From an uncultured cyanobacterium (GTDB lineage: Bacteria; Cyanobacteriota; Cyanobacteriia; Cyanobacteriales; CAWCAG01): a stretch of 64,000 bases of DNA. Made by a program: the position numbers and the translations under genes. The notes beneath the pieces were generated by a model. The model had not been told where the DNA came from. It ran no database searches and worked only from the letters and a program-made list of their open reading frames with translations. The stretch is from assembly GCA_963793425.1 (NCBI GenBank), contig CAWCAG010000005.1:704001-768000 (forward strand), in the 5' to 3' direction. Of this stretch, positions 18,401-30,703 are shown one piece after another; the stretch's first letter is position 1; every line of letters starts with the position of its first letter.

Positions 18401-21400
18401 TTACTGCAAACGCTCTAGGCGTTTGTGTAAAATTTCTGATTGTTTTTTTGCTTCTGCTAGATTATCCCTTGCACCTTGCACCACATCAGGAGGGGCTTGG
18501 TTAATAAAGCCAGGATTGTTGAGACGACTAGTGAGAGATTTTATCTCTTTGTCCAATTTACTCAAGTTTTTCTCTAGCTTAGCTTGTAAGACTTCCACAT
18601 CAACAATATCAGTCAAGGGTATCAGTACCTGTACAGTGCCAACAACCCCAACGATGGCTTTTTGGACTTCTTGGTTAGTTTCTTGGGTAATTGTTAATAA
18701 TTCTACTTTTCCTAAATCTTGAATGTAGTCTTGGCCTGCTGTTAATATACTTTCTTCAGTGAGACTGTCGCTTTGTAAAATAACAGGCGTTTTTTGATTT
18801 GGTTTAATATCTGCTTCTGCACGTAGGTTGCGAATTATCCCCACTACCCCAAAAATCAGTTCAAAGGCTTCTTCTAAATTAATTTTGCTAGAGGGGCTAT
18901 CTTCAATGTTAGCAACCTCAGAAGAATTAGCTGCTAAAGAAGAAGTAGCCTTAACTTCTTTCTTTTTGAGTTGAGGTGAGGCTTTAAAATCGACATTCCC
19001 AAGAATTTGTTCTACCAAATTTCCAGATATTTTCTTTACCTCTTGGCGAGTTTGGGATTTTAATAAATAGCGAATAGCAAACCAAATTGTGTAACCAACA
19101 CCAATTAGTTCAAAGGTTGGTAATACCAAAGGAATTTTGTTGATGTTGTTTAATGCCCCTCCTATGGCTTGTAGGGCAATAATGGTTACAGCAGCTAAAC
19201 CTAACCAAACAAGGGGTTTTTGATAGTTACCAAAGATTTTAGCTGAGGTAGTGGGGAACTCAGCCAGAAAATTCATTACCTCGTTACTAATTTGTTTGAA
19301 ATCGCTTCCTAAAGGTTGAGAAGGAGAAACGTTTTTTTCTGATGTGCTTGTAACCCCAACTTGATATGGGGCTAAAGATAAGGTAGCAATATCTGCCAAA
19401 TCAATTGCCCCAACTTCTGGATAAGCTTGCAGGGCTAAAGTATCTCCTTCTTTTTGGGTTAAGGTATGCCAAATTTCTTCGGTAATATGAGGCATGAAAG
19501 GATGAAGTAATTTGAGGATGCCTTCTAAAACATAGGCTAGAGTTTGTTGGGCAACCCGGCGAGAAATTGGTGCAGTATCCTCTCTTAAGCGGGGTTTAAC
19601 CAATTCTATGTACCAGTCGCAAAAATCTCCCCAAATGAACTCATAAACTCCTTTAGCAGCTTCTCCTAAACCATAATCATCGAGATATTCCCTGGTTTGC
19701 TTAACGACTTTATCAAAGCGAGTTAAAATCCAGCGATCGCTTAGTTCCAAAGCCTCTATTTTGGGCATTCCCAAGGCTTCAGGATTTTCCCCTTCAAGGT
19801 TCAACATCACAAACCTTGAAGCATTCCAAAGTTTGTTAGCAAAGTTACGAGATGCTTCCACAGAAGCTGATTCGCTCTTTTCCCGGTCATATTCTAAGCG
19901 AATATCCTGCCCTGCCCCCGCCACTTCTTTAATCAAGGTATAACGGAGGGCATCTGTACCATATTTATCAATTAGTAGTAGGGGATCAATACCATTACCG
20001 GCACTTTTTGACATCTTCTTGCCATTTTCATCCCGAACCAAACCGTGGATGTAAATATCCCCAAAAGGTATTTTCCCTGTAAAATGACCAGACATCATCG
20101 TCATCCGGGCTACCCAGAAAAAGATAATATCAAAACCCGTCACCATAATAGAATTAGGGAAATAGGCTTGAAAATCTGCTGTTTCTTCAGGCCAACCTAA
20201 AGTAGAAAAAGGCCATAAACCAGAGGAAAACCAAGTATCAAGAACATCAGGATCTTGCTGAATTTGTACCTCTTCTCCAAACTTGGCAACCGCTTTTTCT
20301 TTCGCTTCTTCTTCGTTATCTGCAACTACAAAAGGTGTCTCATCGGTGATTTCCCCTGCGGTTTCACTAACAGCATACCAAGCCGGAATTTGATGTCCCC
20401 ACCACAGTTGCCGCGAAATACACCAATCTTTTAATTTTACTAACCAATCCCGATAAACTTTGGCCCAACGTTCTGGGATAAAATGGGGCGCACCTTCATT
20501 ATCTAAACTAGCTAAAGCTTTGTCGGCTAAAGGACGAATCTTCACAAACCACTGAGTAGAAAGTAATGGTTCGATGGGAACTTTGCCGCGATCGCTATAA
20601 GGGACAGCATGATGATAGTCTTCTACCCTAACTAAAAAGCCTTCCTCTTCCAACTGCTTAACAACATTCTTCCTAGCCTCAAAGCGATCTTGTCCCACAA
20701 AGTGACCAGCATTCTCATTAAGGCTACCATCCTTGTTGAGAATATTAATAAACTCCAGTTGATGACGCTTGCCCATTTCAAAATCGTTGGGATCATGGGC
20801 AGGGGTTACTTTAACGCAGCCTGTACCAAATTCTTTATCTACCAACTCATCAGCAAAAATGGGAATTTCTCGACCCACAATTGGTAAAATCACTGTTTGA
20901 CCAATCAAATCTTGATAGCGTTCATCCTCTGGGTTAACAGCAATTCCTGTATCCCCCAACATCGTTTCTGGTCTTGTCGTTGCCACTTCTACATAGCTTT
21001 CACTATCTTTAAGGGGATAACGCAAATGCCAAAGATGCCCATCAACTTGCTTATTTTCTACCTCAATATCAGAAACCGCTGACTGGGAAGCAGGACACCA
21101 GTTAACCATATACTTCCCACGATAGATTAGCCCTTCTTCGTAGAGTTGGAAAAAGGCTTTCCTAACGGTTTTCGATATGCCTTCATCAAGGGTAAAACGT
21201 TGTCGTGACCAATCAGCAGAAAGACCCAAACGTTTTAATTGATTAGCAATATTATCACCAGATTCTTGCTTACATTGCCAAGCAAGCTTGAGGAATTCTT
21301 CTCGCCCCAGATCATAGCGAGTTTTTCCTTCTTCCCTTAAGCGCCTCTCAATTACCGCGTGTACAGCTATACTGGCATGATCAGTTCCTGGCAGACACAA

Positions 21401-21640
21401 AGTATTTTGTCCTAGCATCCTGTGGTAACGTACCAAGGTATCAATCAAAGCAGCTTCAAAAGCGTGTCCCATGTGCAAGCTACCTGTCACATTAGGAGGA
21501 GGGATAACAATGCTATAGGGTTGATCTTTATGTTGGGGATCGGCCTCAAAGACGCGATCTTCTTCCCAGTATTGTTGCCACTTCGCTTCAGCAGCGGTGG
21601 GGTCATATTTTTTGGGCAAGCTGGGTATATTTGCAGTCAT
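18401..21640 (-). CDS. valS: Valyl-tRNA synthetase with inserted CAAD membrane-anchor domain
   Basis: [25 protein letters not shown] and KMSKS motifs; ~180-aa insertion with two TM helices ([18 protein letters not shown]). Confidence 0.97.
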   Translation of the reverse strand: MTANIPSLPKKYDPTAAEAKWQQYWEEDRVFEADPQHKDQPYSIVIPPPNVTGSLHMGHAFEAALIDTLVRYHRMLGQNTLCLPGTDHASIAVHAVIERRLREEGKTRYDLGREEFLKLAWQCKQESGDNIANQLKRLGLSADWSRQRFTLDEGISKTVRKAFFQLYEEGLIYRGKYMVNWCPASQSAVSDIEVENKQVDGHLWHLRYPLKDSESYVEVATTRPETMLGDTGIAVNPEDERYQDLIGQTVILPIVGREIPIFADELVDKEFGTGCVKVTPAHDPNDFEMGKRHQLEFINILNKDGSLNENAGHFVGQDRFEARKNVVKQLEEEGFLVRVEDYHHAVPYSDRGKVPIEPLLSTQWFVKIRPLADKALASLDNEGAPHFIPERWAKVYRDWLVKLKDWCISRQLWWGHQIPAWYAVSETAGEITDETPFVVADNEEEAKEKAVAKFGEEVQIQQDPDVLDTWFSSGLWPFSTLGWPEETADFQAYFPNSIMVTGFDIIFFWVARMTMMSGHFTGKIPFGDIYIHGLVRDENGKKMSKSAGNGIDPLLLIDKYGTDALRYTLIKEVAGAGQDIRLEYDREKSESASVEASRNFANKLWNASRFVMLNLEGENPEALGMPKIEALELSDRWILTRFDKVVKQTREYLDDYGLGEAAKGVYEFIWGDFCDWYIELVKPRLREDTAPISRRVAQQTLAYVLEGILKLLHPFMPHITEEIWHTLTQKEGDTLALQAYPEVGAIDLADIATLSLAPYQVGVTSTSEKNVSPSQPLGSDFKQISNEVMNFLAEFPTTSAKIFGNYQKPLVWLGLAAVTIIALQAIGGALNNINKIPLVLPTFELIGVGYTIWFAIRYLLKSQTRQEVKKISGNLVEQILGNVDFKASPQLKKKEVKATSSLAANSSEVANIEDSPSSKINLEEAFELIFGVVGIIRNLRAEADIKPNQKTPVILQSDSLTEESILTAGQDYIQDLGKVELLTITQETNQEVQKAIVGVVGTVQVLIPLTDIVDVEVLQAKLEKNLSKLDKEIKSLTSRLNNPGFINQAPPDVVQGARDNLAEAKKQSEILHKRLERLQ

Positions 21641-21936
21641 AGAAAGAATCGTACTGACAGAAGCAGAAGTCTTATGTTCTTTTCAAATTTTGCCACACTG
21701 ACCTACGCTTTTACTCATTACTCTAAGGGCTATTTAAGATGTTTCCTCTTTTGACTGTCAACTTCAAGCTCTAATTTTGTGCTTTTTTGATGAAAACAGA
21801 ATAGTGAAATCTGCTCAACTTCTACAGCCTTTATTTTCTAGCACCAGGATTATTTGTAACCTAAAATCTGTAAATTTTTGTAAAGAAGAGGGAACTTTCC
21901 TTAGACAAGAAAGGAATAAGGGGTTTCTCTAGCTAA

Positions 21937-22551
21937 TTAATTTCCGCAAACATCTTTAACAAAAGAACTGATTACAGTCAAAACTTCGGGCAGAATTTCA
22001 TGCCCCATCTCAAACTCACGATAATCTACTTGCACTCCTAATTTATTTAATTCATCTCTAGCTTGTTGGGCTAGTTTTAGGGGTACAACTTGGTCTTGTT
22101 TACCATGAACAATCAATACAGGAGGATTACTTTCCCCATCTTGGGGAGGAGAGTGAAGATAACCGCTTAAACTGCAAATACCGGCTAAAGGCAAACTCAA
22201 TCCTACATCTAAAGCCATAGCTCCTCCTTGAGAAAAGCCAGCTAAGATAGTTTGAGAAAGAGAAATACCCGTCAATGCTTCTAATGATAAAAGCCAATCT
22301 CTTAACTTTTGGCGACTTTCCGGTAAACCCAAATAGTCTGACTTTTCTAGAGCATACCAAGCCTTTCCGCCTGGGGCTTGAGGATGAGGAAAGGGGGCAT
22401 CCGGAAAAACCATTTGGTAATCCGGAAGTTGTAACATGGGCGCTAAAGAAGCTAAATCTCTAGAATTTGCTCCCCAACCATGCAAGCCAACTAGCAAATG
22501 AGTAGGAGATTTTCCAGATGTAGGTTTGAGTTTAATTGCTTGTAAAGACAG
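21937..22551 (-). CDS. Phospholipase/carboxylesterase-type alpha/beta hydrolase
   Basis: LHGWG, GFSQGG, HGKQDQVV and GHEI motifs; the frame is open upstream to a CTG at 22551 preceded by GGAG. Confidence 0.88.
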   Translation of the reverse strand: MSLQAIKLKPTSGKSPTHLLVGLHGWGANSRDLASLAPMLQLPDYQMVFPDAPFPHPQAPGGKAWYALEKSDYLGLPESRQKLRDWLLSLEALTGISLSQTILAGFSQGGAMALDVGLSLPLAGICSLSGYLHSPPQDGESNPPVLIVHGKQDQVVPLKLAQQARDELNKLGVQVDYREFEMGHEILPEVLTVISSFVKDVCGN

Positions 22552-22854
22552 AATTTTTCTCCGGAAAATATAACGGTTTAATCAGTAATTTTAGGGGGTT
22601 AGGAAAGTTATTAGTAACCTTGAGATCAACTTCACAAAAAGCATCATTAACAATAACTAACTTCTCATAATTTCTTTAATTTTAAAGATTTCATGTAGAT
22701 TAACCCAATTAGCTATTTTGGTCGTGGCGGTTAACAATAGTTATTTGTTATCTTTGCCTAGGGTAGTAATCCCTACAAACAGCTTTTATTTTCATAATTT
22801 TCAGTTCATTAATTGGCTCATTGTATCTCTACAAAGTTTTAGGAGAAAACTATC

Positions 22855-23253
22855 ATGGTAATGTCTCAAGAAGTTGCTCAGGCTAAACCTGTATCTTTCC
22901 CTTCCCTTGGCACTCCCACAGAAACCCGTCCTTGGGGTTCTTTTACTACTTTAGAAGAAGGTAATGGCTACAAAATCAAACGCATAGAAGTAAAGCCAGG
23001 GCATCGCCTTAGCTTGCAAATGCACCATCACCGTAGTGAGCATTGGATTGTTGTTTCTGGTACAGCTAAGGTTGTTTGTGGAGACACTGAAGAAATTTTA
23101 GCAAGTAATCAATCAACCTATGTTCCCCAATGTACTTCCCATCGGTTAGAAAATCCTGGGGTAATTAATTTAGTGTTAATTGAAGTCCAAAATGGCGAAT
23201 ACTTAGGAGAAGACGATATCATTCGTTTTCAAGATGATTATGCCCGTAAGTAA
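22855..23253 (+). CDS. Mannose-6-phosphate isomerase type II C-terminal cupin protein
   Basis: RPWG, LSLQMHHHRSEHW and EVQNGEYLGEDDIIRF motifs. Confidence 0.9.
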   Translation: MVMSQEVAQAKPVSFPSLGTPTETRPWGSFTTLEEGNGYKIKRIEVKPGHRLSLQMHHHRSEHWIVVSGTAKVVCGDTEEILASNQSTYVPQCTSHRLENPGVINLVLIEVQNGEYLGEDDIIRFQDDYARK

Positions 23254-23275
23254 TTATTGATATTTCCTTTGATTT

Positions 23276-23312
23276 GGCTTATCCCTGCTTGAAAGACAGG
23301 GGTTTGCGCCTT
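23276..23312. mobile_element. Possible IS200/IS605-type end hairpin remnant
   Basis: GGCTTATCCCTGCTTGAAAGACAGGGGTTTGCGCC hairpin; no transposase nearby. Confidence 0.35.
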
Positions 23313-23348
23313 CCCGGATTTACCTGCAAAATTCCGAATTAACTTGCC

Positions 23349-23678
23349 ATGATTGAGCTTAGTTCAGCAGCTAGAAAAGAAATAAAAAGATTGCAAGTAA
23401 CCCGCCATCAAGTTAATAGCAACTTGCGTTTAGGAGTCAAGTCTGGAGGTTGTGCCGATTTTTCTTACACCCTTGATTTTGCTGAAACAGTGAACCCAGA
23501 GGATAGTATTTGGGAAACTGATGGCATCTCTATCGTCGTAGAAAATCAGAGTCAGCCCTACCTTCAAAACTTAACTTTAGATTTTACAGAAGATTTAATG
23601 GGGGGAGGTTTTCGCTTTCATAATCCTCTAGCTTCTAACACCTGCGATTGTGGCTATTCCTTCTCAGCTAAAGTCTAG
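23349..23678 (+). CDS. HesB/IscA family Fe-S cluster assembly protein
   Basis: GGC, GGGFRFHNP and CDCGYSF motifs. Confidence 0.9.
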   Translation: MIELSSAARKEIKRLQVTRHQVNSNLRLGVKSGGCADFSYTLDFAETVNPEDSIWETDGISIVVENQSQPYLQNLTLDFTEDLMGGGFRFHNPLASNTCDCGYSFSAKV

Positions 23679-23699
23679 AATTTTATCTCGTCGATTTTA

Positions 23700-23728
23700 T
23701 TGACATAGATGGTTTTAGCTTCTATGAT
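23700..23728 (+). promoter_or_regulatory. Sigma70-type promoter of the str operon
   Basis: TTGACA-N17-TATGAT ending 53 nt before the rpsL ATG. Confidence 0.75.
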
Positions 23729-23781
23729 TAGAGTTTGTCAACTATGGCAAATCCATGACTATCCTGGCTACACATTAACTC

Positions 23782-24153
23782 ATGCCCACTATTCAACAAC
23801 TTATTAGAGACGAAAGATCCAAAGCCAAAAAGAAAACTAAATCCCCTGCCCTCAAGCAATGTCCTCAGCGCCGTGGAGTTTGTACAAGAGTTTACACAAC
23901 CACACCCAAAAAACCAAATTCAGCATTGCGTAAAGTGGCTAGGGTTCGTTTAACTTCAGGCTTTGAAGTTACTTCTTATATTCCAGGCATTGGTCATAAC
24001 TTGCAAGAACACTCTGTAGTATTAATACGCGGTGGCAGGGTCAAAGATTTACCTGGAGTTAGATACCACATCATTCGCGGAACCCTAGATGCTACTGGGG
24101 TTAAAGATCGCCGTCAAAGCCGTTCCAAGTATGGCGCTAAGAAGCCAAAATAG
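23782..24153 (+). CDS. rpsL: 30S ribosomal protein S12
   Basis: [19 protein letters not shown] and [11 protein letters not shown] motifs. Confidence 0.99.
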   Translation: MPTIQQLIRDERSKAKKKTKSPALKQCPQRRGVCTRVYTTTPKKPNSALRKVARVRLTSGFEVTSYIPGIGHNLQEHSVVLIRGGRVKDLPGVRYHIIRGTLDATGVKDRRQSRSKYGAKKPK

Positions 24154-24391
24154 ATCCTAATAATCAGCTTCGACTCGTGTTTAATTGAAATTGATATAGC
24201 GAAGCCGAAATATAATGCTGTGATAGTTTTCAGCACTCTATTATTGCTGTTATAAAAAAGGAAATACTGCTTTCTAGCGCTTTATGCAATAGCAATACAG
24301 CGCAATTCCCATAAGCAAATTGGCTAAAGTCTAAATAACTAATTTGGTTACAAAAATAGAGAATCAGCAATCTTAAGGATAAATAGTTACT

Positions 24392-24862
24392 ATGTCTCGT
24401 CGCACAGTTATCAAAAAGCGTCCCGTTCCACCCGACCCAGTTTATAATAGCCGTTTAGTTAGTATGACTGTGCGGCGAATTATGAGCGATGGGAAGAAAT
24501 CTCTCGCTTCCAGGCTCTTTTATGATGCCATGAAAATCATTGAAGAGCGTACAGGCAGTGAACCTCTAGAAACTTTTGAAAAAGCCATCAAAAATCTCAC
24601 ACCTTTGGTAGAAGTCAAAGCTCGTCGTGTAGGTGGTGCAACCTATCAAGTGCCAATGGAAGTACGTCAAGGTAGAGGAACCACCTTAGCATTGCGATGG
24701 TTAGTTAAATTTTCCAGAGCTAGAAGCGGTCGTACTATGGCTATCAAGCTTGCTAACGAAATCATGGATGCGGCTAACGAAACAGGTTCTGCTATTCGCA
24801 AAAGAGAAGAAACTCATCGTATGGCCGAAGCAAACAAAGCCTTTGCTCACTACCGTTATTAG
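24392..24862 (+). CDS. rpsG: 30S ribosomal protein S7
   Basis: [11 protein letters not shown] and [12 protein letters not shown] motifs. Confidence 0.99.
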   Translation: MSRRTVIKKRPVPPDPVYNSRLVSMTVRRIMSDGKKSLASRLFYDAMKIIEERTGSEPLETFEKAIKNLTPLVEVKARRVGGATYQVPMEVRQGRGTTLALRWLVKFSRARSGRTMAIKLANEIMDAANETGSAIRKREETHRMAEANKAFAHYRY

Positions 24863-25062
24863 TGCTTAATGCAGATAAGTTGGTTTTAGGTAAATAAAGG
24901 CAATTGATGAGGTGAGCAGAACCATGAGCAACCTCTAAAAACTTTGATTGCTAAAACTAACTACAAAATAGTACAAAGCATTATAAAAAAGTATAGAATT
25001 GTAAAAAGTGTAAATATATAGCAACATAGAAATAATTTTTCTGCTATACGAAGGAGGAAACT

Positions 25063-27138
25063 GTGGCACGTACCATCCCGCTGGATAAAGTACGCAACAT
25101 CGGAATTGCTGCTCACATAGATGCGGGCAAGACAACAACAACAGAGCGAATTCTCTTCTATTCAGGGATTGTTCACAAGATCGGTGAAGTTCATGACGGT
25201 ACAGCCGTTACCGACTGGATGGAGCAAGAGCGGGAGCGTGGTATTACAATTACTGCCGCAGCCATTAGCACAAACTGGCGCGACCATAGAGTCAACATTA
25301 TTGATACACCAGGACACGTTGATTTCACCATTGAAGTTGAGCGCTCCATGCGTGTGTTAGATGGCGTTATTGCTGTGTTTTGCTCTGTAGGAGGAGTACA
25401 GCCTCAATCTGAAACTGTTTGGCGACAAGCAGATAGATACAAAGTACCTCGCATTGCTTTTGTGAATAAAATGGATCGCACTGGTGCGAACTTCTTTAAA
25501 GTTCATGAGCAAGTCAGAGAACGCCTGAGAGCCAACCCTGTAGCGATTCAAATACCCATCGGTAGTGAGAATAACTTCCAAGGAATTGTCGATTTAGTTC
25601 GGATGCGGGCAAAAATCTATCAAGACGATATTGGTCAGGAAATTGAAGATACTGAAATTCCTGAAGATATCTTAGAAGTAGCTAAAGAATATCGCACTAA
25701 GCTAATTGAAGCCGCAGCAGAGGCAGATGAAGAGCTACTAGAGAAATACCTAGAAGGGGAAGAATTCTCTGAAGAGGAAATCATGACCGCCTTGCGTAAA
25801 GGAACGGTAGAAGGCTCTATTATGCCCTTTCTCTGTGGTTCAGCCTTTAAAAATAAAGGAGTTCAACTACTACTAGATGCTGTCATTGACTACTTACCTG
25901 CTCCTACAGAAGTGCCTCCTATTAAAGGGACTTTACTCGATGGCACAGAAGTGGTTAGGCGCTCAAGTGATGAAGAACCTTTTTCAGCTTTGGCTTTCAA
26001 AATTTCTTCTGATAAGTATGGGCGAATGACTTTTTTGAGAGTCTATTCTGGGATACTAGCAAAAGGCAGCTATGTCTATAACTCTACAAACGATGAAAAA
26101 GAAAGAATCTCTCGCTTAATCATACTTAAGTCCAATGATCGCATTGATGTAGATGAATTGCGTGCAGGAGATTTAGGTGCAGCATTAGGCTTGAAAAAGA
26201 CCATTACTGGGGATACCCTTTGTGATGAAGATAACGCTGTAATTCTTGAATCTCTCTATATTCCTGAGCCAGTAATTTCAGTTGCTGTGGAGCCGAAAAC
26301 CAAGCAAGACATGGATAAGCTTTCCAAAGCTCTCCAATCTCTTTCTGACGAGGATCCTACCTTCCGTGTCAGCATTGACTCAGAAACAAACCAAACTGTA
26401 ATCGCTGGCATGGGAGAGTTACACCTAGAAATTCTGGTGGATAGAATGTTACGGGAATTCAAGGTTGAAGCCAACGTTGGGCAACCTCAAGTAGCTTACC
26501 GAGAAACCATTCGTCAGCCTACCAAAGCCGAAGGTAAATTTATCCGTCAAAGTGGCGGTAAAGGTCAGTACGGTCATGTGGTGCTAGAAGTGGAACCAGC
26601 AGAAACAGGCAAAGGATTTGAGTTTGTTTCTAAAATTGTCGGCGGTGCTATCCCCAGAGAGTACATTTCTTCTGTAGAGAATGGCATCAAAGAATCTTGT
26701 GAATCAGGTATCCTAGCAGGGTATCCTGTCATTGACCTCAAAGTAACTTTGGTAGATGGGTCTTACCACGAGGTAGACTCTTCGGAAATGGCCTTCAAAA
26801 TTGCCGGTTCAATGGGCATTCAGAATGCTGTTAAAAAAGCATCTCCTGTTCTATTAGAGCCAATGATGAAAGTCGAAGTTGAAGTCCCCGAAGACTTCCT
26901 TGGAGATGTGATCGGTGACCTCAACTCCAGGAGAGGACAAGTCGAAGGAATGAACTCCGAAGATGGCTTAGCAAAAGTTTCCAGTAAGGTTCCCTTAGCT
27001 GAGATGTTTGGTTATGCCACAGATATTCGGTCAAAAACCCAAGGTCGAGGTATATTCTCAATGGAGTTCAGTAACTACGATGAAGTTCCTCGCAATGTCG
27101 CAGAAGCGATCATTGCCAAAACTAAAGGGAACGCATAA
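25063..27138 (+). CDS. fusA: Elongation factor G
   Basis: [17 protein letters not shown] and GMGELHLEI motifs; str operon position. Confidence 0.99.
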   Translation: MARTIPLDKVRNIGIAAHIDAGKTTTTERILFYSGIVHKIGEVHDGTAVTDWMEQERERGITITAAAISTNWRDHRVNIIDTPGHVDFTIEVERSMRVLDGVIAVFCSVGGVQPQSETVWRQADRYKVPRIAFVNKMDRTGANFFKVHEQVRERLRANPVAIQIPIGSENNFQGIVDLVRMRAKIYQDDIGQEIEDTEIPEDILEVAKEYRTKLIEAAAEADEELLEKYLEGEEFSEEEIMTALRKGTVEGSIMPFLCGSAFKNKGVQLLLDAVIDYLPAPTEVPPIKGTLLDGTEVVRRSSDEEPFSALAFKISSDKYGRMTFLRVYSGILAKGSYVYNSTNDEKERISRLIILKSNDRIDVDELRAGDLGAALGLKKTITGDTLCDEDNAVILESLYIPEPVISVAVEPKTKQDMDKLSKALQSLSDEDPTFRVSIDSETNQTVIAGMGELHLEILVDRMLREFKVEANVGQPQVAYRETIRQPTKAEGKFIRQSGGKGQYGHVVLEVEPAETGKGFEFVSKIVGGAIPREYISSVENGIKESCESGILAGYPVIDLKVTLVDGSYHEVDSSEMAFKIAGSMGIQNAVKKASPVLLEPMMKVEVEVPEDFLGDVIGDLNSRRGQVEGMNSEDGLAKVSSKVPLAEMFGYATDIRSKTQGRGIFSMEFSNYDEVPRNVAEAIIAKTKGNA

Positions 27139-27162
27139 CTAGGAAAAGGAATAGTTAAATTA

Positions 27163-28392
27163 ATGGCACGCGCAAAGTTTGAACGGAATAAACCCCACGT
27201 AAATATTGGTACTATTGGTCACGTTGACCATGGTAAAACCACTCTGACAGCAGCAATTACTTTGAGTTTATCTGCTTTAGGTCAAGCTAAAGCTCAGAAC
27301 TATGAAGATATTGATGCTGCCCCAGAAGAAAAAGAACGGGGTATTACCATCAATACTGCTCACGTTGAGTATGAAACCGAAGACCGTCACTATGCTCACG
27401 TAGACTGTCCCGGTCACGCCGACTATGTGAAAAATATGATCACTGGTGCTGCCCAAATGGATGGAGCAATCCTAGTCGTTTCAGCAGCGGATGGTCCCAT
27501 GCCCCAAACCCGTGAGCATATTTTGCTAGCGAAGCAGGTAGGAGTTCCTAATCTAGTAGTTTTTCTCAACAAGCAAGATATGGTTGATGATGAAGAACTA
27601 CTGGAGTTGGTAGAATTAGAAGTCCGTGAGCTTTTGAGCGAATATGATTTTGATGGTGACGAAATCCCGATCGTCTCTGGTTCTGCTTTGCAAGCTGTAG
27701 AAGCTATGAAGTCTAACGCCGCCACCGCTAAAGGTGAGAATGAGTGGGTAGATAAAATTCACGCTCTAATGGCTGAGGTTGATGCTTATATTCCTACTCC
27801 TGAGCGGGATATAGACAAACCATTCTTGATGGCGGTTGAAGACGTATTCTCCATCACTGGTCGGGGAACCGTTGCGACAGGACGCATTGAGCGCGGTAAA
27901 GTTAAAGTTGGTGAAACCGTAGAACTAGTTGGTATTCGAGATACCCGCAGTACAACAGTAACTGGAGTAGAAATGTTCCAGAAAATCCTTGATGAAGGCT
28001 TAGCTGGAGATAACGTCGGAGTACTGTTGCGGGGTCTGCAAAAAGATGATATTGAGCGAGGCATGGTAATCGCTAAGCCTGGTTCAATTACTCCTCATAC
28101 CAAGTTTGAGTCTGAAGTCTACGTCCTTAAAAAAGATGAAGGCGGCCGTCATACTCCTTTCTTCAGCGGTTATCGTCCTCAGTTCTTCGTCAGAACCACT
28201 GATGTAACGGGTACAATTGAAGCCTTCACAGCTGATGATGGTAGTACAGCAGAAATGGTTATGCCAGGTGATCGCATTAAGATGACTGTACAGCTAATTA
28301 ACCCCATTGCTATTGAGCAAGGAATGCGCTTTGCTATTCGTGAAGGGGGTCGTACCATTGGTGCAGGAGTTGTCTCCAAAATTCTAGAATAG
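27163..28392 (+). CDS. tuf: Elongation factor Tu
   Basis: GHVDHGKTT and DCPGHADY motifs. Confidence 0.99.
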   Translation: MARAKFERNKPHVNIGTIGHVDHGKTTLTAAITLSLSALGQAKAQNYEDIDAAPEEKERGITINTAHVEYETEDRHYAHVDCPGHADYVKNMITGAAQMDGAILVVSAADGPMPQTREHILLAKQVGVPNLVVFLNKQDMVDDEELLELVELEVRELLSEYDFDGDEIPIVSGSALQAVEAMKSNAATAKGENEWVDKIHALMAEVDAYIPTPERDIDKPFLMAVEDVFSITGRGTVATGRIERGKVKVGETVELVGIRDTRSTTVTGVEMFQKILDEGLAGDNVGVLLRGLQKDDIERGMVIAKPGSITPHTKFESEVYVLKKDEGGRHTPFFSGYRPQFFVRTTDVTGTIEAFTADDGSTAEMVMPGDRIKMTVQLINPIAIEQGMRFAIREGGRTIGAGVVSKILE

Positions 28393-28421
28393 TCATAACT
28401 TAACTCTTACCTAAAATTGAC

Positions 28422-28447
28422 AAAGGAGCGTCTTAGGCGCTCCTTTA
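28422..28447 (+). terminator. Hairpin (terminator or processing stem) after tuf
   Basis: AAAGGAGCG-TCTTAGG-CGCTCCTTT. Confidence 0.65.
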
Positions 28448-28517
28448 TTCTGTTATCATCAATGGGGACTTAAAGTCTCCTCAAGAAAAATTGAACACTG
28501 AACCTTGAAAATCAAAC

Positions 28518-28835
28518 ATGGCAACTATTCAACAACAGAAAATTCGCATTCGTCTTAAAGCTTTTGATCGCCGTCTTCTTGATACTTCTTGTGAGAAGAT
28601 TGTCGATACAGCTAATCGCACCAATGCCACAGCTATTGGACCAATCCCTTTACCAACTAAACGTCGTATCTACTGTTTATTACGTTCTCCCCACGTAGAC
28701 AAAGACTCGCGAGAACATTTTGAAACCCGTACCCATCGCCGTATTATTGATATTTATCAACCATCTTCTAAGACTATTGATGCTTTGATGAAACTTGACT
28801 TACCCGCCGGGGTAGATATTGAAGTTAAGCTTTAA
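28518..28835 (+). CDS. rpsJ: 30S ribosomal protein S10
   Basis: [17 protein letters not shown] and [12 protein letters not shown] motifs. Confidence 0.99.
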   Translation: MATIQQQKIRIRLKAFDRRLLDTSCEKIVDTANRTNATAIGPIPLPTKRRIYCLLRSPHVDKDSREHFETRTHRRIIDIYQPSSKTIDALMKLDLPAGVDIEVKL

Positions 28836-28848
28836 CTTTATCAACAGA

Positions 28849-28884
28849 GGATCTTTTGGTTTTCTTAGTTGCAACCAAAGGATC
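28849..28884 (+). terminator. Stem-loop after rpsJ
   Basis: GATCTTTTGGTT...AACCAAAGGATC imperfect inverted repeat. Confidence 0.45.
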
Positions 28885-28993
28885 AACTTTGTAACTAAAG
28901 TGATAAATTTAAGCATAATTGTTTTTTAAGTATAAGCTGACCATCAAGAAATCCGCTAAAGTATAAGAAACATACTGTTTTGCATAAGAAATA

Positions 28994-29635
28994 ATGGCTC
29001 CCTCTTCCTCAATTGCTGTAAGAGAAATTCCCCTGTTTCCTCTACCTGACGTAGTTCTTTTTCCTGGGCGTCATCTTCCTCTGCACATCTTTGAATTCCG
29101 TTACAGAATCATGATGAATACAATTCTGGAGAGCGATCGCCGTTTTGGAGTCTTAATGTTTGATCCTGTTAAGGGTCAAATTTCTCCTGTGGGTTGCTGT
29201 GCTGAAATTATTCACTTTCAGCGTCTGCCAGATGACCGTATGAAAATGGTTACTTTAGGACAACAAAGATTTCGTGTTCTAGAGTATGTTAGGGAGAAAC
29301 CTTACCGTACTGGTTTAGTGGAATGGATTGAAGATATTCCTCCAGAAGAAGATCTTAGACCTTTAAGCAAAAAAGTTGAGCAGTTGTTGCGAGATGTGGT
29401 ACATCTTTCAGCTAAATTGACTGAGCAGAAAATTGAACTCCCTGATGACTTGCCAGACTTGCCTACTGAGTTATCCTATTGGGTAGCTAGTAATTTACAT
29501 GGTGTAGCTCCAGAACAGCAAGCTCTTTTAGAGATGCAAAAGACTGCTGAACGCCTGAATAGGGAAGCAGAGATACTTTCCTCTACTCGCAACCATTTAG
29601 CTGCACGTACAGCCCTTAAGGATGCTTTAGAGTAA
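28994..29635 (+). CDS. LON peptidase N-terminal (substrate-binding) domain protein
   Basis: PLFPLPDVVLFPG and LPLHIFEFRY motifs; no AAA+ or protease domain. Confidence 0.9.
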   Translation: MAPSSSIAVREIPLFPLPDVVLFPGRHLPLHIFEFRYRIMMNTILESDRRFGVLMFDPVKGQISPVGCCAEIIHFQRLPDDRMKMVTLGQQRFRVLEYVREKPYRTGLVEWIEDIPPEEDLRPLSKKVEQLLRDVVHLSAKLTEQKIELPDDLPDLPTELSYWVASNLHGVAPEQQALLEMQKTAERLNREAEILSSTRNHLAARTALKDALE

Positions 29636-29651
29636 ATAAATCACTTCTGAA

Positions 29652-30506
29652 TTAAATATTCTTAAGATCGATAGCTAAAAAATCGTAGTGACCAAAAACT
29701 TTCAGTATTTCTGTGTAGCTGGCTAGTTCTAGTAGAGCATCGTGGATAGAATGAGGAGCTAAGTTTGCTTCTAAGTCGATGAAAAATAAGTATTCTCCTA
29801 AAGAGCGTTTAGTAGGGCGAGATTCAATACGACTGAGGTTGATTTGGCGTTCTGCAAACACTTGTAAAGGTTTTACAAGGCTTCCAGGTACATTTGCCGG
29901 GACGCTGAAAGCTAAGGAAGTATGGCTTCCCTTGGTGGTCGGTCTTAAACCCACTACCCAAAAACGAGTACAGTTATCAGGATAGTCGTTAATTTCAGAT
30001 ACTAATATTGGCAAATTGTAAAGCTTTGAAGCCCTCGGTGAGGCGATCGCCCCTGCTGTTTCATCATGGGAGAGGTATTGCAATGCTTCTGTGGTGGAAT
30101 TGGTGGGTACTAACTGAACTAAAGAAAGATGTTTTTCTAACCAAACTTGGCATTGAGTGAGGGCTTGGGGATGGGAGTAAACAGTCTTGATTTTTTCCAG
30201 GGATGAAGCTTGGGAAAGCAAAGTATGGGAGATCGGTAAGATTAAGGCTTGTTGAATTTGTAGCCCCTCTAGTTGCCAGAAGGTATCTAAGGTGGTTGCT
30301 ACACTGCCCCCAATAGAATTTTCGACTGGCACTACTGCAACCTCAGCTTTTCTTTGGGCTACACTCAGCAGACTCTGGGCAATGCTAGGGCAAGGACATA
30401 ATAAAGATTCAGTATTGTATGTTTGATTCAACCACCGGGAATAGCCAATGGCTGCGGTTTCTGCATTCGTCCCAGTTGGCCCTAAATGTGCTATGGATAT
30501 TGCCAT
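29652..30506 (-). CDS. pheA: Prephenate dehydratase
   Basis: PVENSIGG, SHPQAL, NCTRF and NLSRIESRP motifs. Confidence 0.95.
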   Translation of the reverse strand: MAISIAHLGPTGTNAETAAIGYSRWLNQTYNTESLLCPCPSIAQSLLSVAQRKAEVAVVPVENSIGGSVATTLDTFWQLEGLQIQQALILPISHTLLSQASSLEKIKTVYSHPQALTQCQVWLEKHLSLVQLVPTNSTTEALQYLSHDETAGAIASPRASKLYNLPILVSEINDYPDNCTRFWVVGLRPTTKGSHTSLAFSVPANVPGSLVKPLQVFAERQINLSRIESRPTKRSLGEYLFFIDLEANLAPHSIHDALLELASYTEILKVFGHYDFLAIDLKNI

Positions 30507-30703
30507 AAAGTATGAGTTGGTTTTGTTGTTTCCATAAATCTTAGTTTGCCTCTTGCCAATTTTTATAACTAAAGGTGAAGATAATTTTGCCTATCTCAGA
30601 TAGTAAATCTATCTCACTAGGGCTTTATGAAAATATTGGCTATTTTATTAAATAAATGTAAAGTAAAATCTACTAAGAAGCCCAATGAAAAATTTAGATA
30701 CTG

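Noticed and set aside
21641..21936. T-box or riboswitch upstream of valS
   Set aside because: No T-box consensus or terminator/antiterminator pair is visible.
23782..28835. Absence of HIP1 in the str operon as a sign of horizontal transfer
   Set aside because: These are highly conserved, highly expressed core genes in typical cyanobacterial order.
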